Source of the DNA: Bacillota bacterium
Lineage (GTDB): Bacteria > Bacillota > Dethiobacteria > DTU022 > UBA8154
Direction: 5' to 3'
NCBI GenBank assembly: GCA_012728375.1
Contig: JAAYFF010000009.1
Location: 8,940 to 72,939 of the forward strand
DNA: 64,000 bases
Numbering within the stretch: position 1 is the first letter of the stretch; each line of letters opens with the position of its first letter. Position numbers and translations under genes: made by a program. Positions 27,667 through 36,564 of this stretch are shown here, piece by piece. Under the pieces are notes generated by a model. That model was not told the origin of the DNA. It did not search any database and saw only the letters and a program-made list of their open reading frames with translations.

Positions 27667-28721
27667 TAGAGGTGGCCGACTACGAGGTCTCCGACTTCTT
27701 CCGTGCTGTGTCCCATTTTACCGGCTGAAAGGCTGCGGATATCTTTGGCACAGACGGCCATGACCGCTTTTTCAATGGCCAAGGCAGCTTCTTTTTCTCC
27801 CAGGTGATCGAGCATCATCCCTCCGGCGCAGATTGACGCCAGGGGGTTGATAGTGTTGGTGCCGGCATATTTGGGGGCCGAGCCGCCAATGGGTTCGAAC
27901 ATGGAGGTTCCTGCAGGGTTGATATTGCCCCCTGCGGCAATCCCCATTCCTCCCTGGATCATTGCCCCGAGATCGGTGATGATATCTCCGAACATATTAT
28001 CCGTGACGATAACGTCAAATTGCTCCGGGTTTTTGACCATCCACATGCAGATGGCATCCACATGCGCATAATCTTTTTGAATATCGGGATACTCTTCGCC
28101 AATTTCATGAAAAACCCGTTCCCAGAGGTCGAATGCGTAGGTGAGGACATTGGTCTTCCCGCAGAGGGTGAGCTTTTTCTTCCGGTTGCGCTCCCGGCAA
28201 TACTCGAAGGCATAACGCAGGCATCTCTCCACTCCCATGCGGGTATTGATTGATTCCTGAACAGCAACCTCATAGGGGGTCCCTTTGCGCAGGAAACCGC
28301 CGCTTCCGGCATAAAGGCCTTCAGTGTTTTCCCTTACCACAACAAAGTCAATATCCTCCGGGCCTTTGTCTTTGATGGGGGTTTCAATTCCCGGATAAAG
28401 CTTGACCGGGCGCAGATTGATGTACTGGTCCAGTTCAAACCGCAGCGTAAGAAGGATTCCCTTTTCCAGGATGCCGGGTTTAACCTCGGGATGCCCGATG
28501 GCCCCCAGGAATATTGCCTGATATTGTTTTAGCTCCTCTATGGCTCCCTCCGGGAGCACTTCCCCTTTTTGCAGGTAACGCTCTCCTCCGTAGTCAAATT
28601 CCGTAAAATCCAGGCGAAATTTAAATTTTTCAGCCGCAGCTTTCAGCACTTTAACACCCTCCCGGACCATTTCCGGCCCGGAGCCGTCCCCAGGTATAAC
28701 CGCGATCTTGTAGCTTTTCAT
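27666..28721 (-). CDS. Isocitrate/isopropylmalate dehydrogenase family enzyme (tartrate dehydrogenase/LeuB-like)
   Basis: YKIAVIPGDGSGPE N-terminus, the NLRP motif and GDIITDLGA. The start was trimmed to MKSYKIAV, which has a GAGGAGGG RBS. Confidence 0.75.
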   Translation of the reverse strand: MKSYKIAVIPGDGSGPEMVREGVKVLKAAAEKFKFRLDFTEFDYGGERYLQKGEVLPEGAIEELKQYQAIFLGAIGHPEVKPGILEKGILLTLRFELDQYINLRPVKLYPGIETPIKDKGPEDIDFVVVRENTEGLYAGSGGFLRKGTPYEVAVQESINTRMGVERCLRYAFEYCRERNRKKKLTLCGKTNVLTYAFDLWERVFHEIGEEYPDIQKDYAHVDAICMWMVKNPEQFDVIVTDNMFGDIITDLGAMIQGGMGIAAGGNINPAGTSMFEPIGGSAPKYAGTNTINPLASICAGGMMLDHLGEKEAALAIEKAVMAVCAKDIRSLSAGKMGHSTEEVGDLVVGHL

Positions 28722-28931
28722 TTTTCTGTCCCTCCTCGTTGGCTTTTGCAAACGGCTGTTTGCGCTGCAATATTATACATTATAAACGAAAAAGGTTGGA
28801 AAAGGAAAGGCAAAAAGCAGGATTCAGGAACCGGAAGTCGAAAAAAGACTTCTAAATCAGCAGCTTGTTTTTTGAGGCCGGGGCTGATAATATGTTAGCA
28901 CGATGAGCTTGAAGCGGGGAAAAAAAGAAAG

Positions 28932-29537
28932 GTGATGAGCAAAATGGAGCAGCTTAGACAAGAGATTCTCGAGCTGGTTTACAAAAAAGCATACCAGCGC
29001 CGCCGGGTTCGCCTTGCTTCGGGAAGGGAAAGCGATTTTTACGTAGATTGCCGGCAGGTTACCCTGACAGCGGAAGGGGCGTACAAGCTGGCCCGCTACA
29101 TACTCGGGCTAATCCGCAGGGAGAACCTGTCTGTAAAGGCCGTCGGCGGACCTGTGATGGGGGCCGTTCCGCTGGCGGCAGCTGTAAGCGCATTAAGTTA
29201 CGAGGAATTTTTACGCGATCCCGACGCCTGTCTTTTTGATACGTTTTATGTGCGTTCTGAGCCCAAGGGACACGGGACGGGCAAACAGATTGAAGGCCCC
29301 TTCCCCGGGGAAGGAACCCCGGTGCTGGTGCTGGATGATGTGCTTACTACCGGCGGGTCGGTGCTGAAAGCTGTCAGCGTGCTTCGGGAAGCCGGCTACC
29401 AGGTCAAAACAGTTCTGGTCATCGTTGACCGTCAGGAGGGCGGGAGAGAAAACCTGGAGAGGGAAGGCCTGGAGGTTCTCTCCATACTGACCAGGGAAGA
29501 CCTGGAAAACTTCCAATCGGGATTGCCGCTGCCATAA
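28932..29537 (+). CDS. pyrE: Orotate phosphoribosyltransferase
   Basis: YVRSEPKGHGTGKQIEG and the PRTase motif VLVLDDVLTTGGS. Confidence 0.8.
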   Translation: MMSKMEQLRQEILELVYKKAYQRRRVRLASGRESDFYVDCRQVTLTAEGAYKLARYILGLIRRENLSVKAVGGPVMGAVPLAAAVSALSYEEFLRDPDACLFDTFYVRSEPKGHGTGKQIEGPFPGEGTPVLVLDDVLTTGGSVLKAVSVLREAGYQVKTVLVIVDRQEGGRENLEREGLEVLSILTREDLENFQSGLPLP

Positions 29538-29626
29538 AAAAAGGAATCAGGCGGGTTTCTTCATGGGGGCCGCCAAATTCCTTAAATCCCTAAAATATTC
29601 CGACTATTTCGTGCTATTTCTTTTCC

Positions 29627-29782
29627 TTACTCCTTAAGCAATTTTTCTTCACTGTCAATGAGGTCTTCAACTTCAAAAATTTTGGCAAATATTTCTGCTT
29701 TCTCAGCTCTGTTGGCCAAAACCAGCTGGCGGAGCAAATCTTCCCTCATGCTGCGAAGACCTGACAGAATTGTGGGCGCCAT
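29627..29782 (-). CDS. Small hypothetical protein (51 aa), not in the ORF track (<60 aa)
   Basis: MAPTILSGLRSMREDLLRQLVLANRAEKAEIFAKIFEVEDLIDSEEKLLKE. A strong GGAGGGG RBS lies 5 nt upstream. Confidence 0.35.
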   Translation of the reverse strand: MAPTILSGLRSMREDLLRQLVLANRAEKAEIFAKIFEVEDLIDSEEKLLKE

Positions 29783-29854
29783 ATTTTCCCCTCCAAATCC
29801 TTCGTTATTTACATAAAAGTTTGCCCTGTTGGATGGGAAAATATACGAAGGCAG

Positions 29855-29900
29855 AAAAAATAGAGCTCCGCCCTTTAAGAAGAGAGCTCTATTTTTGCTT
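29855..29900 (-). terminator. Bidirectional intrinsic terminator downstream of hup
   Basis: Perfect 13-bp stem (aaaaatagagctc ... gagctctattttt) flanked by T-runs. Confidence 0.75.
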
Positions 29901-29951
29901 TTTGGTGTGCGGCTTAAAATTATTTTTTGATTTCTTGATTTAAACTGTTAT

Positions 29952-30233
29952 TTAAGCGTTAAGTTTTTCTTTAAAGACTTTTCCGGCTTTAAAAACAGGC
30001 ACAATTCTTGCGGGAATGATAATTTTTTCATCAGTCCCCGGTTTTCTTCCTTCCCTGCTTTCCCTTTTCCTGGCCATAAAAGTGCCGAAACCTACCAGTT
30101 GAACTTTATCCCCTTCCATAAGCTTTTCCTCAATGGTCTCTACCAGGGCTGAGATAAATTCAGAAGCTTGCTTTTGCGTAACCCCTATTTTCTGAGAAAT
30201 TGACTTTGCAAGTTCCGCTTTACCTATTGCCAT
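29952..30233 (-). CDS. hup: HU family DNA-binding protein
   Basis: 92 aa with the canonical HU fold motifs (GFGTF, RNP). Confidence 0.9.
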   Translation of the reverse strand: MAIGKAELAKSISQKIGVTQKQASEFISALVETIEEKLMEGDKVQLVGFGTFMARKRESREGRKPGTDEKIIIPARIVPVFKAGKVFKEKLNA

Positions 30234-30552
30234 ATTAATTCCCCTTTCAAGTTATATTTTTGAACATATATGCGGTAAAAAAGAGCTGTCCGGGCATGGA
30301 ACCGTAATTTATACAGTACTTTATCCCGAAATAGGAAAAATTATTTGTGGCTGCAATTATCTATAAGATTGTTTGGAAGTTTCCTACTAAGAATAGATTG
30401 TCCAAAAAATAGCGTTAAATCCGGCTTTGACATTAAGTTCAAGAATTTATTCAACAAAAGTCTGGTACTTCCTGCCTCTTTTTCGAGAAAAAGAAATATT
30501 TCCTGAATAAATTAGCAATTAATCTTTGCTTTCATTTTAAGGCGGGAATAAT

Positions 30553-31320
30553 CTATGAGCCCATAATATGGTAACCCGCATCCACGTAGATCGTTTCTCC
30601 TGTAATCCCCCGTGAAAGGTCGCTGCAGAGAAAGAGGGCCGCGCTGCCTATTTCCTCTCCTTCAATGTTTCGCCTCATTGGGGCTTTTTCGCGGATATGC
30701 TTTAAAAAACCTGTGAATCCTTTAATTCCGCGTGCTGAAAGGGTGTTGACGGGTCCGGGCGAGAGAGCGTTTACGCGAATATTCTTTTCTCCAAGATCAG
30801 CTGCCAGATAACGGACAGAAGATTCCAGCGCTGCTTTGGCTACGCCCATGACATTATAGTTCTGAACGACCCGCTGGCCGCCAAGGTAACTGAGTGTAAC
30901 AATGCTTCCTCCTTTTTCCATCAGGGGCAAAGCGGGGCGAACGACGGCCAACAGCGAATAAACACTTATTTCCATGGACAGCAGGAAACCCGACCGTGAA
31001 GTTTGGATAAACTGACCTTCAAGGTCTTCCCTGGAGGCGAAGGCAATACTGTGAACGATAAAATCCAGCCGTCCATAGGATTCGTGCAGTTGCCGGTAAA
31101 CATTTTCAATCTGGGCGTCATCCCGAATATCGCACAGCAATGCCAGCGGTTGATCCGGGAGCTCTTCCTCCGCCAACTTTTTCAACTTTTGCTCAAAGCG
31201 TTTATCCTGATATGTTATTGCCAATTTTGCACCCGCATTGGAGAGCGCTTTAGTTATAAACCAAGCCAGGCTGCGATGATTTGCTACTCCGAAAACAATT
31301 CCTGTTTTCCCCTGAAGCAA
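30553..31320 (-). CDS. fabI: Enoyl-[acyl-carrier-protein] reductase (NADH), FabI
   Basis: SDR fold with GVANxRSIA-like 'GVANHRSLA' and the Y-x6-K active site. The start was trimmed to a TTG preceded by a GGGAGG RBS. The ORF-track N-terminal extension is rejected. Confidence 0.8.
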   Translation of the reverse strand: MLQGKTGIVFGVANHRSLAWFITKALSNAGAKLAITYQDKRFEQKLKKLAEEELPDQPLALLCDIRDDAQIENVYRQLHESYGRLDFIVHSIAFASREDLEGQFIQTSRSGFLLSMEISVYSLLAVVRPALPLMEKGGSIVTLSYLGGQRVVQNYNVMGVAKAALESSVRYLAADLGEKNIRVNALSPGPVNTLSARGIKGFTGFLKHIREKAPMRRNIEGEEIGSAALFLCSDLSRGITGETIYVDAGYHIMGS

Positions 31321-31591
31321 TATACTTACTGCCTCCCTTCTTGTTTTTGTCGCATTGAACGCTAAAAGCAACAAAAAATACAATGTTTTGCAAATTGTAG
31401 CATAGGAGGAAAAGAAAAGCAAGAAATATTATGGCTTTTTCCAAAAAAAGTCGAAAATACGTGTGTTTATCCGGAGTTCCTGTTTTTTGTACATTTTTTA
31501 GCTGTGTTTCTTTCAATTTTACCCTGCATAAAAAACAGCCGATGTAGGAAAATACTTTTATAAAAACTATTAAAGGAAGGGATGTTTTTGC

Positions 31592-32053
31592 ATGACTGTA
31601 CAGCTAAGCCGGAAAGAAACAATGCTTTTGCAGGACCAAAAAAAACACGAGGAAGTATGCGTTGCCAAATATAATACCTATGCCCGGCAGGCGCAGGATC
31701 CGAATTTAAAGCAGCTTTTCAGCAATTATGCACAACAAGAACAACAGCACCTCGAGACAATCAACCAGATTCTTGCCGGCCATGTTCCCCAGGTGACACA
31801 AAATAGCGGCCAGGGACAGCAAATTTTGGGGAAAAATCTTAAAGGGGCTAATAATTCCCATGACGCCGGGCTCTGCAGCGATATGCTCATGACGGAAAAA
31901 TATATTTCCAATACGTACGATACGGCTATTTTTGAAACCCGGGACAGCAATATCCGCCAGGTATTAAACCATATTCAGAAAGAAGAACAAGAGCACGGTG
32001 AAGGGATTTTCAACTATATGAAGAACAGCGGCATGTATGAAACGGATAACTAA
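31592..32053 (+). CDS. Spore coat protein F (CotF/Coat_F ferritin-like) family
   Basis: Conserved Coat_F pattern (LLQDQKKHEE...YNTYARQAQDPNLKQLF...EQQH). Confidence 0.65.
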   Translation: MTVQLSRKETMLLQDQKKHEEVCVAKYNTYARQAQDPNLKQLFSNYAQQEQQHLETINQILAGHVPQVTQNSGQGQQILGKNLKGANNSHDAGLCSDMLMTEKYISNTYDTAIFETRDSNIRQVLNHIQKEEQEHGEGIFNYMKNSGMYETDN

Positions 32054-32243
32054 CTAGGAAATAAAATGCGCAATAGCCGGCTGCAAACGCTCTTAAACCG
32101 GCTCTCTTTTCCCGGAAGGGCCTTTTTAATGTTCCGCAGCATGGGTAGTTGGGACTCTGTATAAAAAACAAAAGGGCGTTTTCCCGGCTTCTGTAAAGAA
32201 GCAGAAAAAACGCCCCCTGATTGCTGTGCGCCCGGCATCTCTT

Positions 32244-34265
32244 TTACGGAATCGGCAGGGATTTGATTTCCTTGAGGGTGTTAATGTCGCAGGCCTTAAA
32301 GATTCCCTGGGATAGCGTGTAGAGGGCATCTTTAATATAAAGAATTCTTTGCACCTGTTTCCTGCCGTCGAATGAGTAGTGGCCGGCTTTAGGATAGTCG
32401 TCCTTTGTTAGATGCGTAATTCTGCCTTTTAATTGAAAACCATCCTTTAAATCCAGGTTGTAGACGTACGCACCCTGGAAGGAAAACTGCCCGTAACCGG
32501 GTACTGTTCCCGCGCTGTCCGTTGCTTCCATAACAGTAACGGGGAAGGCCAGGAGATTTTTCTCTTTGCTGAAGAGCAGGGCCTTGTGATTATGCAGGAG
32601 TTCCGAGGTAGTGCCGCGGCCCCCGATTGTTTCCTTAAATTTTTCCATGGGCTTTTGCACATCGCTGACGTCGAAGAGGGCCATTTTTATACCAAGATCG
32701 ATTACTCCTGTGCTAATGACTTTTCCCCTGCTGTCTTTGTGTACAATTTCCATGGTTTCCTTGCCGAAGCCGATGATGTGGTTTTCATCATAAGGATGGA
32801 GGTAATCGCTGTATCCCGGTATTTTTAAAGCTCCCAGAACGCGGGGCTTTTCCGGATTTTCCAGATCGATGACAAAAAGCGGGTCCACGGTACGGAAGGT
32901 GACCATGTACCCTTTCTTCCCCATAAAGCGCACTGAATAGATTCTTTCCCCCGGGGCGATGTCTTCAAGCTTACCCTTCAAGTTAAGCTTCCCGTCCAGA
33001 ATAAAAAGATTGTTGCTGGAAGTATCCTCTCCGCTGCCCCATGGATTTCCCGAGGTGGTGGCGATGCGAAAATGCCCGTCATATTCATCCATGGAAAACT
33101 GGTTCAAAACGGTGCCGGGAACCTTTCCTTTGGCGGCATAGTTGATCTTGCCGTTGTCCAGGGCAAATTTATAAATATAGGTGCTGGGATCGTAAGCAGG
33201 AATTCTCGCCACCGATTTGCCGTATCCTGTTACAGTTGTGTACAGATTTTCCCCGGAGGCATAAACGCTCTCTCCGGCACCGAGAAAGGTGCGCACTTCG
33301 ACATGCTCGTCAGGGCGATCCAGGTTCAGGCCGGCAACGAGGAGGTAGTTCGGCCTGGTAAAACCGGGAAAATAGCGGATATCTTCCAAATCTATGCTCG
33401 TAAATTCATCCGCTGCAGCGCTGTCGCGGTAGGAAGGTGTCGGGTTTCCCGCATCCTCCATGATATGGTAGTAATCTATGTTTCTATTGGCGACCAGGTA
33501 CAGAGATGAGCCGATTTTGCGGGAAGAGGCGTAGTACCCTTCCAGTTCCACCTCTCGCAGCTCTTTGATATTTTTGCGGTCCCTGATGTCGTAAATGATT
33601 GTTTTGACTGTGTTGTGGTAGTAGAAGGGAGGAGGGTAAATTTTTATTTTGGCATTATCATAAATAAGAGGCTCTCTGGTGTAGGGGATTTCCTTGCTGG
33701 AAGCCCCGATAACCACCAAGTACTTCCCGTCTACATAAATCTCCCTGGGAGTAAAGTTCTCGTCGTCAAATTCAAGGGTACTGCAAATTGCCATCTCCCC
33801 GGGGGGATAAGCCCTGGCGACAACGATGCGCCCCCTGTTGACCTGATAAATGTATTGTCCGTCCGTCTTGACGATATCTGCTTCGTCCACCCCCTGCACT
33901 TGGATATTGGTCCGGGAAAAGTCTTCCCAAGCGCCGGGAGGCTCGGGTTCCGTGGGCGCTGCTTTTCCGCCTGCTGCCGCCTGGCTGGCGTCTTCAACTG
34001 CCCGCGCCAGGCCATCGAAGCTAATTTCGTCGGTCCCTATGACTGCGTAGAAAGGTGCTGCTTCTTCCAGCAGCTTTTTCAGGTTTTCCAGCGAACCTAC
34101 CGTTGGGAGGTCTTCCAATGTTTTGCGGTCAGTTGGATTTTGCAGATCCGGATCTTCAATAGCCGCCGCAGAAGTTGCAGAAAAAGGACGGGCGGCGGCA
34201 CCCAGGGAAGAAGCGGCCATGAGCACCGCCGCGGCAATTAAAAGGAAAAGGCATTTCTTTTTCAT
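32244..34265 (-). CDS. Secreted beta-propeller domain protein (COG4880 / Beta_propel family)
   Basis: Signal peptide MKKKCLFLLIAAAVLMAASS and long beta-rich repeats. An AAGGGGGA RBS precedes the ATG at 34265. The ORF-track extension to 34523 runs through a tRNA and is rejected. Confidence 0.6.
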   Translation of the reverse strand: MKKKCLFLLIAAAVLMAASSLGAAARPFSATSAAAIEDPDLQNPTDRKTLEDLPTVGSLENLKKLLEEAAPFYAVIGTDEISFDGLARAVEDASQAAAGGKAAPTEPEPPGAWEDFSRTNIQVQGVDEADIVKTDGQYIYQVNRGRIVVARAYPPGEMAICSTLEFDDENFTPREIYVDGKYLVVIGASSKEIPYTREPLIYDNAKIKIYPPPFYYHNTVKTIIYDIRDRKNIKELREVELEGYYASSRKIGSSLYLVANRNIDYYHIMEDAGNPTPSYRDSAAADEFTSIDLEDIRYFPGFTRPNYLLVAGLNLDRPDEHVEVRTFLGAGESVYASGENLYTTVTGYGKSVARIPAYDPSTYIYKFALDNGKINYAAKGKVPGTVLNQFSMDEYDGHFRIATTSGNPWGSGEDTSSNNLFILDGKLNLKGKLEDIAPGERIYSVRFMGKKGYMVTFRTVDPLFVIDLENPEKPRVLGALKIPGYSDYLHPYDENHIIGFGKETMEIVHKDSRGKVISTGVIDLGIKMALFDVSDVQKPMEKFKETIGGRGTTSELLHNHKALLFSKEKNLLAFPVTVMEATDSAGTVPGYGQFSFQGAYVYNLDLKDGFQLKGRITHLTKDDYPKAGHYSFDGRKQVQRILYIKDALYTLSQGIFKACDINTLKEIKSLPIP

Positions 34266-34369
34266 TGACAATCCCCCTTGGATTTTTGTTTTTGTGCTGC
34301 ATTTACTAAGAAGACGCCGGTAAAAGGAAAATGTTCCCTGACAATTGAAAATTTTTCGGGGCAGAGGAA

Positions 34370-34426
34370 ACAGGGGACGGTTCTCTGTTTCCCTAAATGA
34401 AGCAAAAGAACCGTCCCCTTGCTTCA
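34370..34426. repeat. Paired-hairpin element (family A), copy 3 (degenerate left arm)
   Basis: gaaacaggggacggttctctgtttc ... tgaagcaaaagaaccgtccccttgcttca. It lies between tRNA-Thr and the downstream gene. Confidence 0.85.
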
Positions 34427-34462
34427 AAGAAATAGGCCCGCACTTATGGCGGGCTATAATGT

Positions 34463-34538
34463 TGGAGCCGGCAAGAGGACTTGAACCCCCAACAGGCGGA
34501 TTACGATTCCGCTGCTCTACCAATTGAGCTATGCCGGC
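34463..34538 (-). tRNA. tRNA-Thr (anticodon CGU)
   Basis: The 76-nt cloverleaf has a GCCGGCA acceptor stem, a TAGCTCAATTGGTAGAGCA D-arm, anticodon loop AT-CGT-AA, T-loop GGTTCAAGTCC, and a 3' CCA. Confidence 0.85.
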
Positions 34539-34555
34539 CTGTTTTTCGTAAGCGA

Positions 34556-34583
34556 TTATAACATTTTAATCCTTGAAAATCAA
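34556..34583 (-). promoter_or_regulatory. Sigma-A promoter for tRNA-Thr (TTGATT-16-TATAAT)
   Basis: Consensus hexamers about 17 nt upstream of the mature tRNA 5' end. Confidence 0.6.
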
Positions 34584-34646
34584 GGGGAGCATTTTCCTTG
34601 CGTGCAGTTTTCTTTGACCGGCATGGCAAATTACTGTTAGCCTTCG

Positions 34647-35318
34647 CTAAAAATTATGGCTTTCTCCCGGGGAAATGATAACGCAGCGGGAATTTGTTTT
34701 CTCTTCAACTTTTTTCTTAAATTCTTCCGGATCTGCTGCGATTAGGGGCCAGGTATTGTAGTGATAGGGAATTACCGTTTTGGCCTTGAGAAAGGAAGCA
34801 GCGATCGCGGCATCGTCAATTCCCATGGTATAATTGTCGCCGATGGGGAGAAGGGCGATATCAAGGGGAGTGAGTTCGCCGATAAGCTTCATGTCGCTGA
34901 AAAGGCCGGTATCTCCGGCAAAATAAATGTTTTTGCCGTAATAATGGACAACAAAGCCGCAGGCATGTCCGCCGGCAAAACCGGAACCATGAAAAGCCAG
35001 GGTAAGTTTAACCCAACCGAAAGGAAAATTAAATTTTCCTCCAATGTTCAACGGATGGGCGGATAATCCTTTGCTCTCGGCATCATTGGAGATTTCCGAT
35101 GTGGAGATAATCATAGCCTTATTCGCTTCGGCAATTTCGTATGCTTCCCCCAGGTGATCATAATGGCCGTGAGAGATGAGCACGTACTCTGCTTTTACCT
35201 CTTCCGGCCGCAGGGAGGCCTGAGGGTTTTCTCTCAAAAAGGGATCAAAAACAAGGGTTTCTTTTCCCTCTTCTCCCAGCAAAAAACAGGCATGACCCAA
35301 AAAAGTAAGTTTGGGCAT
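34647..35318 (-). CDS. Metal-dependent hydrolase, MBL fold (UPF0173 family)
   Basis: HGHYDH motif. 223 aa. Confidence 0.75.
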   Translation of the reverse strand: MPKLTFLGHACFLLGEEGKETLVFDPFLRENPQASLRPEEVKAEYVLISHGHYDHLGEAYEIAEANKAMIISTSEISNDAESKGLSAHPLNIGGKFNFPFGWVKLTLAFHGSGFAGGHACGFVVHYYGKNIYFAGDTGLFSDMKLIGELTPLDIALLPIGDNYTMGIDDAAIAASFLKAKTVIPYHYNTWPLIAADPEEFKKKVEEKTNSRCVIISPGESHNF

Positions 35319-35517
35319 TTGAAAGCACCTCTTTTAAGCTCATTTTTAAAGTATTATTTTCTTCTATTATAACATAGCAAAATTAAGTTGCCAAAGATGC
35401 CCTTTTATTTTTTTAGAGTTCTGCCGTAAAGCTGTTTCATTGACATTGCTTATAACCTTTATTAAGATAAAGATAAACGCAAATCAGTTGCAATTAATTT
35501 TTGGAGATGGAACAAAA

Positions 35518-36483
35518 GTGAAACGTGTGTTTATAAAGTTGTTGTGTTTATTGTGGGCGTTATTATTAGTTGCGGGTTGCGCTTCTTCTTCGCCAAAGGA
35601 TGAAGGCAGCGTTAAAGAAGGCCTTCCTTTGCCGGAAAACGGGGATAAGGCTGTCGAGGTGGTGGCCACTATTTTCCCCCTGGCGGATATTGCCGGCAAC
35701 CTCGGCGGGGGGAGAGTAAAGACCACTTATTTATTACCGTCCGGAGCAAGCCCCCATACTTATGAGCCCACCGTGGAACAGGCCAAAGCAGTTGCCAGCG
35801 CCGATCTTTTTCTTTTTGTCGGGGGAGGTTTGGACAACTGGGTGCTTGACCTGCCCGAAGGGGAAAAGGTGCCGGCTTTGGAAATTACGGCAAATATGGA
35901 AGAATATCTTTTGGGCAGCGATGAAGGTGCCGGGCAAGACAGCCATTTGCATGGCCGCAGTCACAGCTCTTATGACCCGCATGTTTGGACAGATCCTCTT
36001 TTGGTTAAAGAGATTATCGCGCCGCTGATAACAAAAGAGCTTAAAGCCGTTGACCCTGAGGCCGCGGCCGTTTATGACAACGCCTTGGAAAATTATCAAG
36101 CCGAACTGGAAGAACTCCATCAGGAAGTGGTTGCTGCTGCCGGCACATTTTCCAAAAAAAAGTATATCTCTTATCACTCTGCCTGGAATTATTTTGCCCG
36201 GCGCTACGGGCTGGAGGAAGTTGCCGCTGTGGAACCTTTCCCGGGAAAAGAGCCTTCAGCCGGGTGGCTGGCGCAGTTGGTCCGGTTAGCCGAAGAACAC
36301 CGAATTAATATTCTTTTTGCCGAACCTCAGTTAAATCCAAAGGTAGCGGAAATTATCGCCGAGGAAATTAAAGGACGGGTGCTGATACTGGATCCCCTCG
36401 GGGGCGAAGGAGTTCCGGGCAGGGATAGCTATACCGGCCTTATCCGTTATAATGTGGAAATTTTTAGGGAAGCTTTGGAGTAA
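35518..36483 (+). CDS. Metal (Zn/Mn) ABC transporter substrate-binding lipoprotein, ZnuA/TroA family
   Basis: Lipobox LLVAGC, a His-rich loop (HLHGRSHSSYDPHVW) and the TroA fold. The GTG start has a GGAGA RBS. No cognate znuBC genes are adjacent. Confidence 0.7.
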   Translation: MKRVFIKLLCLLWALLLVAGCASSSPKDEGSVKEGLPLPENGDKAVEVVATIFPLADIAGNLGGGRVKTTYLLPSGASPHTYEPTVEQAKAVASADLFLFVGGGLDNWVLDLPEGEKVPALEITANMEEYLLGSDEGAGQDSHLHGRSHSSYDPHVWTDPLLVKEIIAPLITKELKAVDPEAAAVYDNALENYQAELEELHQEVVAAAGTFSKKKYISYHSAWNYFARRYGLEEVAAVEPFPGKEPSAGWLAQLVRLAEEHRINILFAEPQLNPKVAEIIAEEIKGRVLILDPLGGEGVPGRDSYTGLIRYNVEIFREALE

Positions 36484-36564
36484 ATTAAAAAAGATGTTTT
36501 TTCTTGCAATTTTTTGTATAATAGTACTCAAGCCGGGAGTTTAGAACGGAGGAGAACTAAAAAG

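Noticed and set aside
31321-31591. Sigma-K promoter for the coat protein gene (CATAaaaaA near 31520)
   Set aside because: There is only a weak partial match, with no convincing -35 AC element. Too uncertain to call.
32244-34523. 759-aa ORF-track product on the minus strand
   Set aside because: The upstream 86 codons run through tRNA-Thr and the family-A repeat. The real gene starts at MKKKCLF (34265), which has a signal peptide and an AAGGGGGA RBS.
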